Assembly: GCA_965649825.1 (NCBI GenBank)
Contig: OZ287701.1
Span: 1,229,101-1,293,100 of the forward strand
Direction: 5' to 3'
DNA length: 64,000 nucleotides
Source of the DNA: Penicillus capitatus
Lineage: Eukaryota > Plantae > Chlorophyta
The notes under the pieces are model-generated. The model had not been told where the DNA came from. It was given only the letters and a program-made list of their open reading frames with translations, and did no database searches. A program made the translations under genes and the position numbers. Below, piece by piece: positions 1-12,550 of the stretch; position 1 is the first letter of the stretch, and each line of letters begins with the position of its first letter.

Positions 1-29
1 GCCACGTCCTGGGGGGTGTTGGTTGAGTC

Positions 30-270
30 TGTCGCGCGGAAGTGCCGCACCAAACGATAAAACAGCGGAAGACTTCTTTACACGTCCTCGGAGCAAGGTC
101 CTGAATGGTTTAGTCTGTGCCTTATATACCCGCATGATGACGCGACTGGACGAGGCAGGTGAATCACCCTAGCCTCAGAGCCAGAGAAGATGGCCTCGGG
201 TGATTCAACCAGCAACCCCCCAGGACGTGGACCCCTCAGAAACAAGGCAGTGTCACATCGCTCGGCGACA
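30..270 (-). mobile_element. 3' LTR of the ~250-bp LTR family, with adjacent polypurine tract, nested in another copy of the family
   Basis: TGTCG...CGACA termini. Similar to 2254-2500 and 18719-18966. Bases 271-284 read GGCGGGAAGCGTGG on the minus strand (PPT-like). Bases 1-29 are a fragment of the same family in the opposite orientation. No matching TSD. Confidence 0.7.
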
Positions 271-347
271 CCACGCTTCCCGCCAAACTCCGAAAACAGG
301 TAAAGCCAGCCCCCACAAAAGAATCTAACGCCTTCAGGCGATGCCCG

Positions 348-677
348 TGTCGGCGAGTTGATGGGACGGCGACATCATGGGGTATGTGGGAGCCGGCAAT
401 GGACTGAGGGGACTGTCTGGCTGGATGGGGGGTCAGGCTACCAAGGGGCGTTCGGGGTCTTGTCAGAGGGGGCTTTGGCAGTCGGGGGGCAGATTTCCCT
501 GGCTCGGGGCGAGAGTTGACTCACCAACTTCGGAGGTCACATCGCCTGAATGGCTTAAAGGGAAAGGAACATTAGGTCGGGATGCTTTTGTGTGAAACTT
601 TGTTTGTTGAAAACGTTCGAGTCCTGAGGTTCAGTCTGGCCGACGAAGACGAGTCACGCCCGGTTACGCACGCGACA
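348..677 (+). mobile_element. Diverged LTR-like copy
   Basis: Starts TGTCGGC and ends CGCGACA, with patchy similarity to the ~250-bp family. No TSD. Confidence 0.4.
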
Positions 678-1167
678 GTCCATTACCCACCGTTGTCACA
701 GGGTTCGCCCTACCTATCTGCGCTACGGTTTTGGAGGGATGGAGAACGTCGGAGTGTGGACGCGTCTGACCTATTCCAGCGGGGCGCTGACCATGTGGTG
801 CATAACGCCGGGCTATACGATTCCCGACGCAGCTCTATTCACGACGATCGGCACGAACCCGCGGACGAGGCCGGTCCATCTACTCGACAAGACGAGGGGG
901 AGAGTCAGTTACCTCCACGAGTAGGAAATCTTCCCCGCGGTACCCCGCGACAAGAACGACAGAGACAGGCATCTTCAAAAGACCCGGCGAAGAACTGGAG
1001 ACGATGGATATCGCTTTCTCGGGCTGCGATTGGTGTGACATAGACATGTCACACATTGAATGATGTGACATGCTTTGAAGGACGGCCTGTTTAACGGCCC
1101 GGACAGACGGACGCATACATGCGGTCTGGCGCTTGCGCAGTCCTGTCGGCAGCGGAGACTCGCGTCA

Positions 1168-3391
1168 ATGCTGCTGGATGATCGTCTCTCCCGTGTACCT
1201 TCCTTGGTTTTGCAACTCCCCCACAGGGCTCTCCTTACCGTCATCGATTCCCGCAGGTCGACCACGTGCTCTTGAGTACAACGGCCGCTATGGGGACACT
1301 GTACCTGTGGGTCACCTGTACGACAGCAGATACATCGAGATCATGTTTCAGCTGCAATTGTACTGGTCACATCAAGAGGTATTCAATGTCTGCGAGGGCG
1401 AAGCGGAGGCATGCTGCGTGGTGCGATTTAGCACTGCACGGCTTGGATACTTATTGGTTTCTCGATTCTCCGCAGTGGAACGTGATGCCGGTAGCGCTGG
1501 ACAAGTTCATGAGGACAGAGCGATTCGTCTTGCATCGAAAAGAATGGTGCCTAGATCTCTCCCTTCATGCGGCAGTCTGATTTTATTGTCTAGGGGTGTT
1601 CACATCATGCGTGCCTTCTTTGGCACTCACTTCGCGATCACCGTCACGGATCTGTCTGTCACGAATCCTGTTCACATGGAATGTCAAGCACTCTTCATCG
1701 CTCAATCCCTACCCAGTGCGAGCTGCGTGCAAAGTGAGAACCTGTTCGATCTCTGTACCGTCGAGAAGAAGAAAAGACACATTACGGAAGACAGAGCTGT
1801 GTGACTGGGAAGTCTCTGTCGATCTGTTGTTGTGCCTGCAGGCAAGCAAGTGATGGGAGATCGATCAGCTGTGTTTCTGTTTACTCCGCCCCGCAAATTC
1901 TACAAGGCTTTAGAGGATCCCCATCACCGTGGCTGCCGTCTGACCATCGGACTGCGGCTGCTGTCGATCAGGCAGCCATCGACGAGACTGACGGTGGATT
2001 ACTATTCGGTGGATAGGCAGAGGATAGCCATCGAAGTGCTCACAGACGAAGACATCGAGAGACACGTGACAGGGAAAGCATCCATCAGTATCTTCGATGC
2101 ACCGAAAAGACAAGTGGCCCTCTCTCCACCGCACTGGCCGTTGAAGAAGATTAAAGAGATGGTGCAGTGAAATCGCACTCTATGTTCAGTGAGATGATCA
2201 GATGTAGATCGAGAGGGATACGCGATGGGATCCGACGCAATCGACGATGTGGTTGTCGGCGATCGGGGCGGACGAAAGATTAACAGCGGAAGACTTGTTA
2301 CAGACTGTTTGGAGCAAGGTCTGGAATCGTCTGGTTTCTCCCTTAAGTACCCACTCGGTGAGGTGACTTCTATAAGCAGGTGAGTCACCCTAGCGCCAGA
2401 ATCAGGGAAAAGCGCCTCGGATGATTCAACCAGCACCCCCCTGAAACATGAACCCCTCAGAAACAAGACAGTCACATCGCCAGAGCAAATCTGGCCGACA
2501 GTGGTTTCGTTGTTCTCACGGACGTGGCTTCCTCCCCAAGGCTGTACATGTGGATGACTTGGAGGAGTTCGATTTCCGTCTTTGTGAACTCTGTCTCCAA
2601 GACAGTGCACCGGATGACAGTGCCATGACGTTCTACCTGCAATCCGGTGAGGGTGACATGCCGTCAGGACCACGTCGCACTTCGGTTCTCCTCTTTTTCT
2701 TGCTGCTGGATCCCCGACTCGATCAGCTGGAATATCTGGGGAGCGCCTCGGCGGGCGAAGACGACAGCCTCTTTTCGTTCTGTGTCATTCATGTCGACGA
2801 ACTTCGCGAAGAATTGGAAGATCGGGACTATGCCTTCTTTGTCGTGGATTCCGAGACTTCGTCAAGGGAGATATTGTCTGACAATTCGACAGTGGCAGAA
2901 GTACATCCATCCGTGTCTCTTATCGACAGGCATTTGACAGATGGATTTGAACAGTTTGGACTGGTTTCCGGATGCACCATCGTCGTGCGGCCGTTGGATC
3001 GCGGAGATGTCAGTGCTGACGGGATGTGTCGGGAGCTTGAACGACTGCGCCTCAATCCTCCTGCTCACCGACCGTCACTCAGAACACCGCAGACAGACGA
3101 CAATGTGCGTGCGATGTCCATCCGTCCAGTACTGTTGTACTTAGGCGTGTGTTCAGTTTGTTCATCGAGGTGCCGTCTGTGTCGTGTGCAGAGATAAACC
3201 ACAGACATCTGGTTTCTATCACGGAGAGACGTCAGTTTTTGCCTGTTGTCTTCATTCGGCATCAGGGTTGTGCATCTAGGGCGCATATCTGTGCTTGCGA
3301 GGAATGTGCTCGGAAGGTTTACCATCAACCGCACCGTCGATGCCCGATCTGCCTGGAGCAATGCACAGGACTGATTGCCAAGATCTTCTGA
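1168..3391 (+). pseudogene. Multi-exon MATH-like / USP7(UBP12)-like UBL / MDM2-type RING protein, disrupted
   Basis: Manual splicing gives SVLLFFLLLDPRLDQLEYLG (UBP12/USP7 C-terminal UBL-like) and a C-terminal CVVCRDKPQTSGFYHGETAHICACEECARKVYHQPHRRCPICLEQCTGLIAKIF* (MDM2-like RING). An apparent 1-nt frameshift lies at an SD(W)G MATH-like motif near 1850. A solo LTR sits in an exon at 2254-2500. The start is uncertain. Confidence 0.6.
2254..2500 (-). mobile_element. Solo LTR (247 bp), 5-bp TSD GTGGT
   Basis: TGTCGGC...GCCGACA termini; GTGGT at 2249-2253 and 2501-2505. Confidence 0.9.
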
Positions 3392-4358
3392 GAGTGGATA
3401 TGCTTACGTTTTTGCCGATGCGATCAATGGCCATGTCTTTTTGCAGACTAGAGATGGCAGTCTTGCTGATTGGCGAGCTCTTATGAATGGTTCTCATCCG
3501 CAGACTGCTGCTGTTCTTTGCAGAGAGAGGGCATTTCGCTTTTTATTTTTGTATCAAGCTGTTCACCTTGTTCGACGTTACAATCTCACGAGTGTTTCGA
3601 CGAAGTTTGCTATCGTGGAATCTATTTGCCGTGGCAGCGACCATGTGCGTCTTTGAGGCTGATCTCTAAAAGAAGTTCCTCATTCTTTCACAGATCTTTG
3701 GGGTTTTTAGAATCTATGTGAATAAGCGGCGTTCTTTTCCTTGCATAAAGTAACAAACAGAAGGGCATGGAGTCGTGGGAAAATATCCTGGATGGAACTG
3801 CTAGAAACGCGTTAGAACGAAAAAGATCAAACTGTACATTGTATGGACTGGGAGTGTCGGAGATAGCGCATCACTTCCAGTCTTCTTGCAGATGAAAACG
3901 TAGAAAGAATTTTCAATATCCTTCTATCCGTGACAAGGATGAAGAATGGGTCATGTCATTTCTGAACAGTTTTGCCATTCAAGCACCTCGTGGAGATGGA
4001 CTTATAGATCTCACTTTTGCAGCGACCTGAGTGTTGGTAGGATTTTGAGGGTTACTAAAGTCATGGAAATCGAGCTGCTGTTGCTATACGTTCCCGTTCT
4101 CGTCTTGCACTTCCTCAGTCCGTCTCTGTCCGAATCTGTTGAGATCCACAGGTCTATTGTGTCTACTCGAGGAGAGCGTTCGTTATAGAAGGATATCGCC
4201 TGACACTCAGGTAGATCGTACAAGGATCCCTATGATCGACATCTATCTCTGCCGCTTTATGCATTCTGCGAAGAGCTAACGGTTCACCTGGGCAACGTCG
4301 AAACCTGTTGTGTAGTATGGCCACATCTCGACGAAGAGCTGTTTTGGACACACAGATT

Positions 4359-6989
4359 AAACCTTTACACAAGATCTGCGACCGTGAGTCCGTTTATCTA
4401 TCCAGTGGAAGGCAATCTTCATCGGAGGGACAGAGTTGGGCATGTTATCGAGTTTTGGAATGCATCGGGTGAGCATGGGTTGTACACCTGGGGTACGTAC
4501 GCGTGTCGGCTTCGGGTATTCCTTGAGGCCGAAGGATGCGTATTGCAAGGGAACGAAGATGCTTGGAGAACGATTATTCTCCAACTTTATACAATGTATC
4601 GGGAACTAAGAACGCCGAATATGGCGAAGATACACAAAAAACAGCATGCGACGGAATTCGTCAATATACTGTATAGTCTATCTTTATAACAAACACAATG
4701 AACTCAAGAGAATATACAAAAGCGCACGTCGACCGTCGCCACGCGCCCATAGCCAATCCGCATTGCACAAAAATGCTTGCGTGATGTTTAGCTTTTGCGA
4801 CAAAGTTTAGCGTGAAAAGGTTCGTTAACATAAAGTCGATAGTCTTCGTAATACAAGCTACCATGTCGTCTTTTTCACGGTTTTGTTGTGACATTGGCAT
4901 CGTCTCCTGAAAGGTCCTTTGCTATACGTGCTGAGGCGCGTAAACGAAGGGCTCGTCAATTCACCAAGAACGGCAACGCGCACAAAGCGTTTTGTCGCTA
5001 CGTCACAAAGACGGAGTATCAAACGAAGGAGCTTCAACAATCCGAAACCATGCAATGTCAACGGCAAAACATTCTCGAGGACTCGTTTTTGAGTGCCAAC
5101 GCGCGTTAACGACGTTCGCTGCGTTGCGCTACAACCCACAATTACAATAATGTCATCTAAGGCGCCCTTTTTTGAATGTAGAATATCACAACAGCCCTCA
5201 TTCTGCCAGCTTAAATTCTAGACGTTCAACGTTCGAACAATCTTTGTTGTACAATAAGCCTTCATCGCCGTTTCTTTCTAGCGCGTTTTAAGTGTTGCAT
5301 CAGGGAGGACGACAACGACTAATCGTCCATTTCGACCTCAATTCGTAGAACAAGAGACAACAGCAAATGTCTTATGTTTCTTCGACGAAATGACATAAAG
5401 AGAACAAGGGTTGTAATGTTCACTGCATGGAGAGTTTGAACAGACCGATCAAATTAAAGAATGCCCAATCGCATCCATCACTTGATTTCTAGGGACAAAC
5501 AAACGAAAGTGTGTATTTCAAACCAGTTTTTTGAATATTCTCAAGCAATCCATGAAACTTCTCTTCAAACTCTCGTTTTAGAAACCCAACATATAGGTTA
5601 GCATCAGCCTTACTCAACTTACCAATCTGTCGAGAAAGAGTTGTGTGCAAAATCAATGGAACTGTTTCACAATTTGTAGATGTGTCAAACGTAAAAGGAT
5701 GCTGCACAAAAACAAACAAAAGGCCGGATCTGTGCACAGGGAGAATAGATACTGAAGAGATGACAATCTTCTCTGGTTATATGCTATTCAATGCAGTGTT
5801 TGCAGAACAACGCAAGCCTGAGTCTTCGTCAACGCACCCGTTCGCCAGAGCAGGCAGAACCTCCCCGGCGTGCTCTGGCGCAGCCGCGACAAAGGTGCCG
5901 ATTGCCTCTATTGCCGTCCGACGCACGTCCAAGTCTTTGTCAACGGACCCATTCGTCAGAGCCGGCAGAACCTCCCCGGCACGCTCTGGCGCAGCCGCAA
6001 CGACGTGGCCAATGGCCTTCATCGTTCTTTGACGAACCAACAAGTCTTCATCGGTGCACCTCTTCGCCATAGCTGACAGAATTCCGCCGGCGTGTTGCGG
6101 CGCCGCCTTGACGAGGCTGCCGATGGCTTCCAACGCCCTTTGTCGCACGAAAAAGTCTTCGTCGATGCAGCCATTTGCCGGAGCCGGTACACCTTCGCCG
6201 GCACGCTGCGGCAGCGCCAAGGCGACGCTACCGATGGCCTCTATCGCCGTCTGACGCACGCCTGCGTCTTCGTCGAAGCACCCATTCTCCGGAGCCAACA
6301 GAACCTCAGAGGCATGCTGCGGCGCCGCCGCCGCAACAACGCTGCCGATGGCCTCCATTGCCCTTTGACGCACGTCCGAATCTTCATCGACACACCTCTT
6401 CGCCATTGCTGACAGAATTCCGCCGGCGTGCTGCGGCACTGTCGCGACGACGCTGTTGATGGCCTCCATCGCCCTTTGACGTACGTCCGAATCTTCATCG
6501 AAGCAGCCATTTGCCAGAGCCGGTGCGCCCTCTTCGCTGTGCTTCGGCGCCGCCGTGACGATTCTGCTGATAGCCACCATCGTCGCCAGACGTACTACGT
6601 CTGAATCTTCGTCGACACACCCATTCGCCAGAGCCAGCATAACAACGCCTGCGTGCTGCGGCGCTGCTGCGACGACGCTGCCGATGGCCTCCGTTGCCGT
6701 TCGACGCACGTCCGAGTCTTCGTCTAAGCAGCCATTTGCCAGAGCCAACAGAACCTCAGAGGCATGTTGCGGCGGCGCCGCCGCAGCAACGCTGCCGATA
6801 GCCTCCGTCGCCACTCGACGCATGCCCCAGTCTTCGTCGGCACACTTGTTCGTTAGCGTCGGTAGAACCTCACCTGCGTACTGTGGAGCTGCCGTGACAA
6901 GGCTGCTGATGGCTTGCATCGCTTTCCGACGCACCAACATATCTTCGTCGACACACCCATTCGTCAGAGCCGGCAGAACCTCGCCGGCG
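4359..6989. repeat. Segmental duplication, copy 1 (copy 2 at 22710-25004)
   Basis: Near-identical sequence at offset 18,351 on the left and 18,015 on the right; the 336-bp difference is three HEAT units. Confidence 0.95.
5777..6989 (-). pseudogene. 5'-truncated HEAT-repeat part of the NACHT-HEAT gene
   Basis: Tandem 37-38 aa repeats (APQHAGEVL..L.NGC.DED..VR..A.EAI); fused at 6989/6990 to retrotransposon gag sequence. Confidence 0.85.
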
Positions 6990-8536
6990 CCTCTGCTTCT
7001 GCATGGGAGCTCGAACTTGGCTGACGACTCGGGCAATCGCTAGTCCAATGGCGCTCGCCGCACTGTGCACACGGCGACTGTGGCTCTCGTTCGCATCGTC
7101 CCTCTTGCTCCCACTGGGCGTTGTATGGGGCAGGTGTCAACTCGTAGCCCTCTGGTACATTAACTTCCTGAACTGCCCTTCGGTTATAGCGACCCGGGGA
7201 ATTTAAAGGGCACTGTGCAAACAAGTGCCCTGGCTGATTGCATTTGTAGCACCTCCTCTCGTCTTGACGTCCAGGCTGCTGTCCTTGCTGTGGGTTCTGT
7301 CTCGCATCCCTTCTGACTGGTGTCGCGTAGGGTTTTAGATGGAAACAATTTAAACGGTGGGCGCACGTAAACCTTTTAAACGTAAAGTCTTACAACGAAA
7401 GACAAGATTTGTACATCTACAATGCTTTTATAGGATCGTTATTTTAAGTAACAAAAAGGAATATTCTGCGAAGATTCCAGAATCTGCTTGGAATCCGTGA
7501 CGTAGAGCCGCGGGTCTATTTGTGGATGGGAAGGTATAGAGAACCTACGACCTATCATCTGGAGATTGATACAAGTGTAGGTAGATGAGCGCATTATCGT
7601 GAGCGCTATGCCTTAACACGACACTGGTTGCACTCTCGCTGCCGTGGGTTGCGTTGCCCGGGGAGCTGCTCTGTTCGCGGTAGGGGCTGTCCACTTGCAG
7701 AAATTGCTCCACTTTTCGAGCACTTTATCCACCTTCACTTCGTCAAGATTGAGATCCTGCAGGCCTTGGAGAAATTCTCGTGGAAAATGTTGTTTCAACA
7801 CTCTCAGGAATCTTGCGTCTGAGATCTTGGGTGTGAGGGTCTTCCACTTCGTGACGAGCCTGTCAACGAAGTCTTGGAGTCTTTCGTCTTGATACCGACG
7901 GACTTGTGTCAGTTCCTCGTAACTTTCAATCGAGTCGTTCATCTTCTCGCCCTTGTCGCCCTTCTCAAGTTTAGGGTTTCCCCTCAACCAGCTACGCAGG
8001 GCGTTGTAAGCAGTCCATACTTGGACCACGAACCACACAACGTTTCGGACGGCGTCAGGTATGGTGCAAATCGTGTTGAATGTCATGAAGGTCAACATAG
8101 ACTTTGTGACAAAGTCTCCTTGATTCCACGCTACGCCCAGTCGATCCACGATGCCGACTATGATCTCATAGCATCCTCGGAAAAAAAGACGGAGACATTC
8201 CTTGACGCAATGCCACGTTTCCGATGTGAATTCCAGCTCCACATCGAAACCATGGGCTTCTTCCTTTGTCGCCTTAGCGGCCGCAGCGTCTGCCGCCAGA
8301 ACGGATACGATCTCCACAATATTGTCGACAATCCTTTGTAAGTTCTCCGTTGCGTTTTGATTGCTTTTAATCGCCTCCAGGAGATCTTGAAAGTTGATCT
8401 CGTCGTCCATCTTCAACTTCCCGTCCAGGGAGGACTTAGCCTCCGCCTGACCGCCAACTCCACCGAGCCCGAATAGAAGTAGGGGTGCCAGAACAAAGAA
8501 ACAGCGTCGCATCTTGGATCGATGCTCCGAAACCAT
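6990..8536 (-). mobile_element. gag: Gag ORF with N-terminal signal peptide, coiled coil and hydrophobic segments, and two zinc knuckles; interrupted by a solo LTR
   Basis: Starts at the LTR/PBS junction (MVSEH). Then RRCFFVLAPLLLFGLGGVGGQAEA, and a capsid-like segment ELTQVRRYQDERLQDFVDRL. Removing 7321-7627 restores the frame into CYKCNQPGHLFAQC and CAQCGERHWTSDC. Confidence 0.8.
7321..7623. mobile_element. Solo-LTR-like insertion (303 bp), 4-bp TSD CTGG
   Basis: TGTCG...CGACA termini; CTGG at 7317-7320 and 7624-7627; excision restores the gag frame. Confidence 0.85.
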
Positions 8537-8692
8537 GTCGCGTTGTCGGTGAACAAACACACGCATTAGCGGAAGACTTTAAAACAGAATGACGTAAACA
8601 ACGCAATTGACCCCCTTTTATAATGCTAGGGTTTTGATGTGACATGTAGTAGGTTTTGATGTGACATGTAGTAGGTTTTGATGTGACTGACA
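8523..8692 (-). mobile_element. 5' LTR (8536-8692) and PBS (8523-8535)
   Basis: TG...CA termini; followed directly on the minus strand by TGGTTTCGGAGCA; TATA-like ATTATAAAA; internal 22-bp tandem repeat at 8630-8687. Confidence 0.85.
8630..8687. repeat. 22-bp tandem repeat (~2.6 copies) within the LTR
   Basis: GGTTTTGATGTGACATGTAGTA repeated without spacers. Confidence 0.95.
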
Positions 8693-8895
8693 TGCCTTAT
8701 ACAGTCGGGATGCCTTCATTGTGCTCATTTAGTCTGACATACTGATAATGTTCACTTTTTAATTTGTCCATCTTAACACTAGTCATCACGACTTACTAAT
8801 TACTAAACGCGACTCAGCGGAGACGGTTACGTCGCACAGCCAATTACGCGACAAGTCATTTAAGTGGAGAATGCCACTTACTACACAGACGTCAC

Positions 8896-9129
8896 TGTCG
8901 CCCGGCGATGGGACTACTGTCTTGTTGTCTTGGGGGCCATGTGTTGGGGGACGCTGGTTGAGTCATCTGAGGCGCTTTTTACTGGTTGTGGCGCCAGGAT
9001 GACTCACCGGCCTAGGGAAGTCACCTCACCGCGTGAGTATTTAATGGAGAAACCAGACGATTCCGGACCTTGCTTCGATTACTACAAGTCTTCCGCTGTC
9101 TTGTTTTGCGTCCGACCCGACCGGTGACA
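8896..9129 (+). mobile_element. Solo LTR of the ~250-bp family, 5-bp TSD GTCAC
   Basis: TGTCG...TGACA termini; GTCAC at 8891-8895 and 9130-9134. Confidence 0.85.
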
Positions 9130-9137
9130 GTCACATT

Positions 9138-9406
9138 TGTCGGCGGTCGGGTCGGACGAAACGATTAATCAGCGAAAGACTTGTTACAACTGTTGGAGCA
9201 AGGTCCTGCATGGTTCAGTTTGTCCATTATATACCCCCGTGGTGACGCGACATGCCTAGGCAGGTGACTCAGCACCGCTCCAGGACCAGAGAACAAGGCC
9301 CCTTTCCGGCCCAAACCCCCAAATGACAAGACCCCGAGTGTCCCAAAGCAAGGTGCACCCCTCCTGCACAAGACAGTCACATCGACAGATCGCCATCTTG
9401 CCGACA
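9138..9406 (-). mobile_element. Solo LTR of the ~250-bp family, 5-bp TSD ACATT
   Basis: TGTCGGC...GCCGACA termini; ACATT at 9133-9137 and 9407-9411. Confidence 0.9.
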
Positions 9407-9559
9407 ACATTAGCGTTCTGTCGAAAAAGGCGCCATTCTTTTACAGTTATGAACTATATATAACGAAGAGAGTCAGTCGTGTTGATCTCACTGTACCGAA
9501 GAACAAAGGCGAAGAACAACACCTACATTCAGAATGAACACTTTATTTGCGCAGAATAG

Positions 9560-11730
9560 GGAGTAGTGCATTTCCGGCGTACAAAAATTCACAGTTGGAT
9601 CGTCGCTCGATATCTGCCAGGTATTCCATCACATGCCACTCGGAAAAGGCAACGAGATAGGCTTTTCCCTCAGAGGACGTTTCTACCGTTACAGCACCCT
9701 TCCGTTCGGGTACTGCAATTCGGGCTACGAGTTTCAGTGAGCGCTTTTCAAGACGCTGTCAAGAGTCAGAGGACGTATCTCCTCGCAGCTGATCTCGTAC
9801 GCAGATGACTTGCTCCTGTTGTCCCAGTCGCATGGGGAGCATCTCCGAGATCTGGCCACAATACTCTCCGAGCTGATGCACGACGGATGGCCTCTCAAGA
9901 AATCAAAGTACGTCTTCCTTCAGCACGAATCTACCTTTTTCGGTATGAGGCTCAATGGCGATGGACGGAGGCCGGAGGCCGGAGACTGAAGTCTTCGGGA
10001 AGCTACGGCACATCTCACCGCCATCCTCCACCAAAGAATGGAGACAAGTCAAGGGTTGGCTCAACCAGCTTACGCGCTTCGTGGCTAACGGCGAGAAGGT
10101 AATATGCACTCTCGACGCGGCTCGGCAGTCAAAATCGCGAGCGGATTGGGAAGCCTTCCTTGCATGCATGGAGAAACACACAAGGTCCATCATGCATCCC
10201 AGAGAACACGAGGAGTTCATGATCGGCGTAGATGCGTCGACTGTTGGATGGGGAGCGGTGCTCCTTCAGAAAGGATGTGGCATCATCTGCTGCGCGTCAG
10301 GGACATGGAGAACCGAACAAAACACTGGAAATCCAACCGATTAGAAGTCGAAGCAATAGTCAAGGGGTTGACGAAGTTCCGTCCTTACACCCTCGGGCAA
10401 AAATTTGCAAACTTCTCCGACAACTCTGCGGTCTGTAGCATCGCGAATACTGACCACACGAGCGATTTTGTCAAGCGAAGACTTGACATCATCCTCGAAC
10501 ACAACCCAGAGACCAGGTTCGTTCCGGATAAGTCCAATATCTGGCCAGATTTTCTTAGCGGTCTCCCCGAACTCTTCGGTTCCCAGCATGATCAAGTGTT
10601 ATCGGCGATATCCAAGTCAGCAGCCGAGATGTCGGATGACGAGTTGCTGAAGTGGGGCCACCGCGGCCGTTTCTCGGTTCAGGAGACACAGAAGCGCATA
10701 AGGAAGATCGGAGACTACGTGCAGTGGAAGAAGATTCGCCAGTACGTGAAGGATTGCCGCGCTTGCCAGCAGTTTACGCGACCGAAGCTGGCCGCCCCAA
10801 GACGAATGGAAGGGGTCAATGATGTGCGCGATGTCGTGAGTTGTGACTTCATTGGCCCATTTGAAAGAGGCCCCGGCAACGTACGGTATATCTTCGCCAT
10901 CGTGGACCATCTGAGTCGTTTCGGCGTGGCAAGGAAGTGTTGCCTTTCAAACACTGCCAGGGCCGCGAGATGCCTTGAAGACTTCGTGAAGGAATTCGGT
11001 CCTATCAAGCGGCTAATGTGTGACGCAGCTTCATATTTTCGATCTTGCGCATTCTGAAGATTTCTGGCACAAATGGACACCGATCTTGTCGTGGCCCCGG
11101 CGCATTCGCACAAATCAAATGGTTTGTGTGAACGATTTAACCAGACATCGATCAGCCGGATCCGACGAATGAGGATCTCTGATGGTTAAAGACTTAGCTG
11201 GACAACTGTGCTCTCGGAAGCCGTGGAAACGATTAACGAAACACCGCACGAGGGCACACGACATTCGCCGGACGATGTATGGCAAGAAGGACAAAGTCAG
11301 AACGAAGTGAATGAGGAATCAAGAACCATGCGCATGCAAATCCAGGAAAGTTTCGAAGAAGCAAGAAAGATGATGACAGAACAACAGAAGAAAGAAGGAT
11401 CTCTCCACCATGTGGGAACAAAAGTATGGGTTTTCGATCACGAGACATTCGAAGCATTGGACAAGAAATTTGCTCCATTTTGGCGGGGTCCTTTTGAAGT
11501 TACAAAGCATGTTTCAACACACATTTGTGAGGTTTTCAGCAGTGATCAAGGGAAAACAATTCAAATGCACATAGATTCGCTTCAGCCGTTTATTTGATTT
11601 CGAAAATGTCGGAGTTTATAGCACAGGGTAGCGTGTGAACTGACTGTGAGGAGACAGGTATAGATTGGGATTGATGTCTCCGTTTGTGTCATTGTAAAAG
11701 TCCTGATCTTCCTCGCACCTCGTGACGACA
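9560..11730 (+). mobile_element. pol: Degenerate, 5'-truncated Ty3/gypsy pol (RT, RNase H, integrase) with 3' LTR 11634-11730
   Basis: LPFG and YADD (RT), IGVDASTVGWGAVLLQ (RNase H), H..H/C..C zinc finger, SCDFIGP and AIVDHLSRF (integrase core), FAPFWRGPF (GPY/F); several stops and frameshifts. The 97-bp LTR matches 19017-19113 at 93/97. Confidence 0.9.
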
Positions 11731-12550
11731 ATGCTCAGCCGAAAAAAAGGACCTAGCGTGGTGTTTGAAGCATGGATAGATCTAAAATAACAAACGCCAG
11801 CGATCACATGGTGTGTGTTTGCTACTCAAAATACACGGATACTCCAGGGGCGCATGCTGTGAGCACACTGGATGTTTTCAACAACTCTTTGTGGCGGGTA
11901 GATACGACGAAGTAAACAAGGAGACCATCGCCATCGGAATCGAAATTCATCATCGTGTGAGATTCACGCGTGGGGAAGTTCGGCAGTGTACACCTGTGGT
12001 ATGGTGGTCCATTGCCAAAATCGATGCCATCGAAGGGCATCTTCTGATAAGAACTCGTACGAGAGATGACGTCTGATGGCATCTTGTCGAAGTCACCGAC
12101 AGCGGTACGATAGAACGACAAAAGACTCTCAAAGTGTGCCTTAGGATCGGTGCGGATGGCGTTAATGGCAGCTCGGCTCAAAGACGCAGCTCTGGCTAAT
12201 ACATCGACGAACGACTTCGTATGCTCCCCGTCGCTGTCGAATGTTGCAGCGGCCAAGTGTAGTGCATTTCCAAAATAGTTCTGGGGAATCACCGGCGAGT
12301 TCGCTCTGCGGGCGTCTATGGGGAAAAGGAGAGTGGTTCCCTTGATGGGCAAATCTTCAGAGCAAACAGGACGAATGGCTGCCCTTGTCTCTGCCTTCAG
12401 CATCCAACACAAAGCGGATGCCAGATCGTACTGTAACGCGCAGAAACGTTCTTTTGTTTAAACAGGAAGATGTGTTTTTGTAAGACAGAACTTGTTTCAA
12501 ACCCCCCGTTTTATATGCCTTGCAGCATGACGTTATCATCTCGTCATGCT

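Noticed and set aside
2254-2500. The ~250-bp TG...CA family as a MITE or Ginger-type DNA transposon
   Set aside because: One copy (30-270) keeps a PPT-like flank, and the family shares the U5 motif with PBS-linked LTRs; solo LTRs explain it better.
6964-7036. In-frame Gag-HEAT fusion protein
   Set aside because: The gag frame stops shortly after the junction (RFCRL*); the HEAT repeats are in a different frame.
8630-8687. CRISPR-like array
   Set aside because: Contiguous tandem repeat without spacers, inside an LTR, in eukaryotic DNA.
7608-8699. ATGCCTTA direct repeat as TSD of a truncated element
   Set aside because: The left copy lies inside the nested solo LTR 7321-7623; coincidental.
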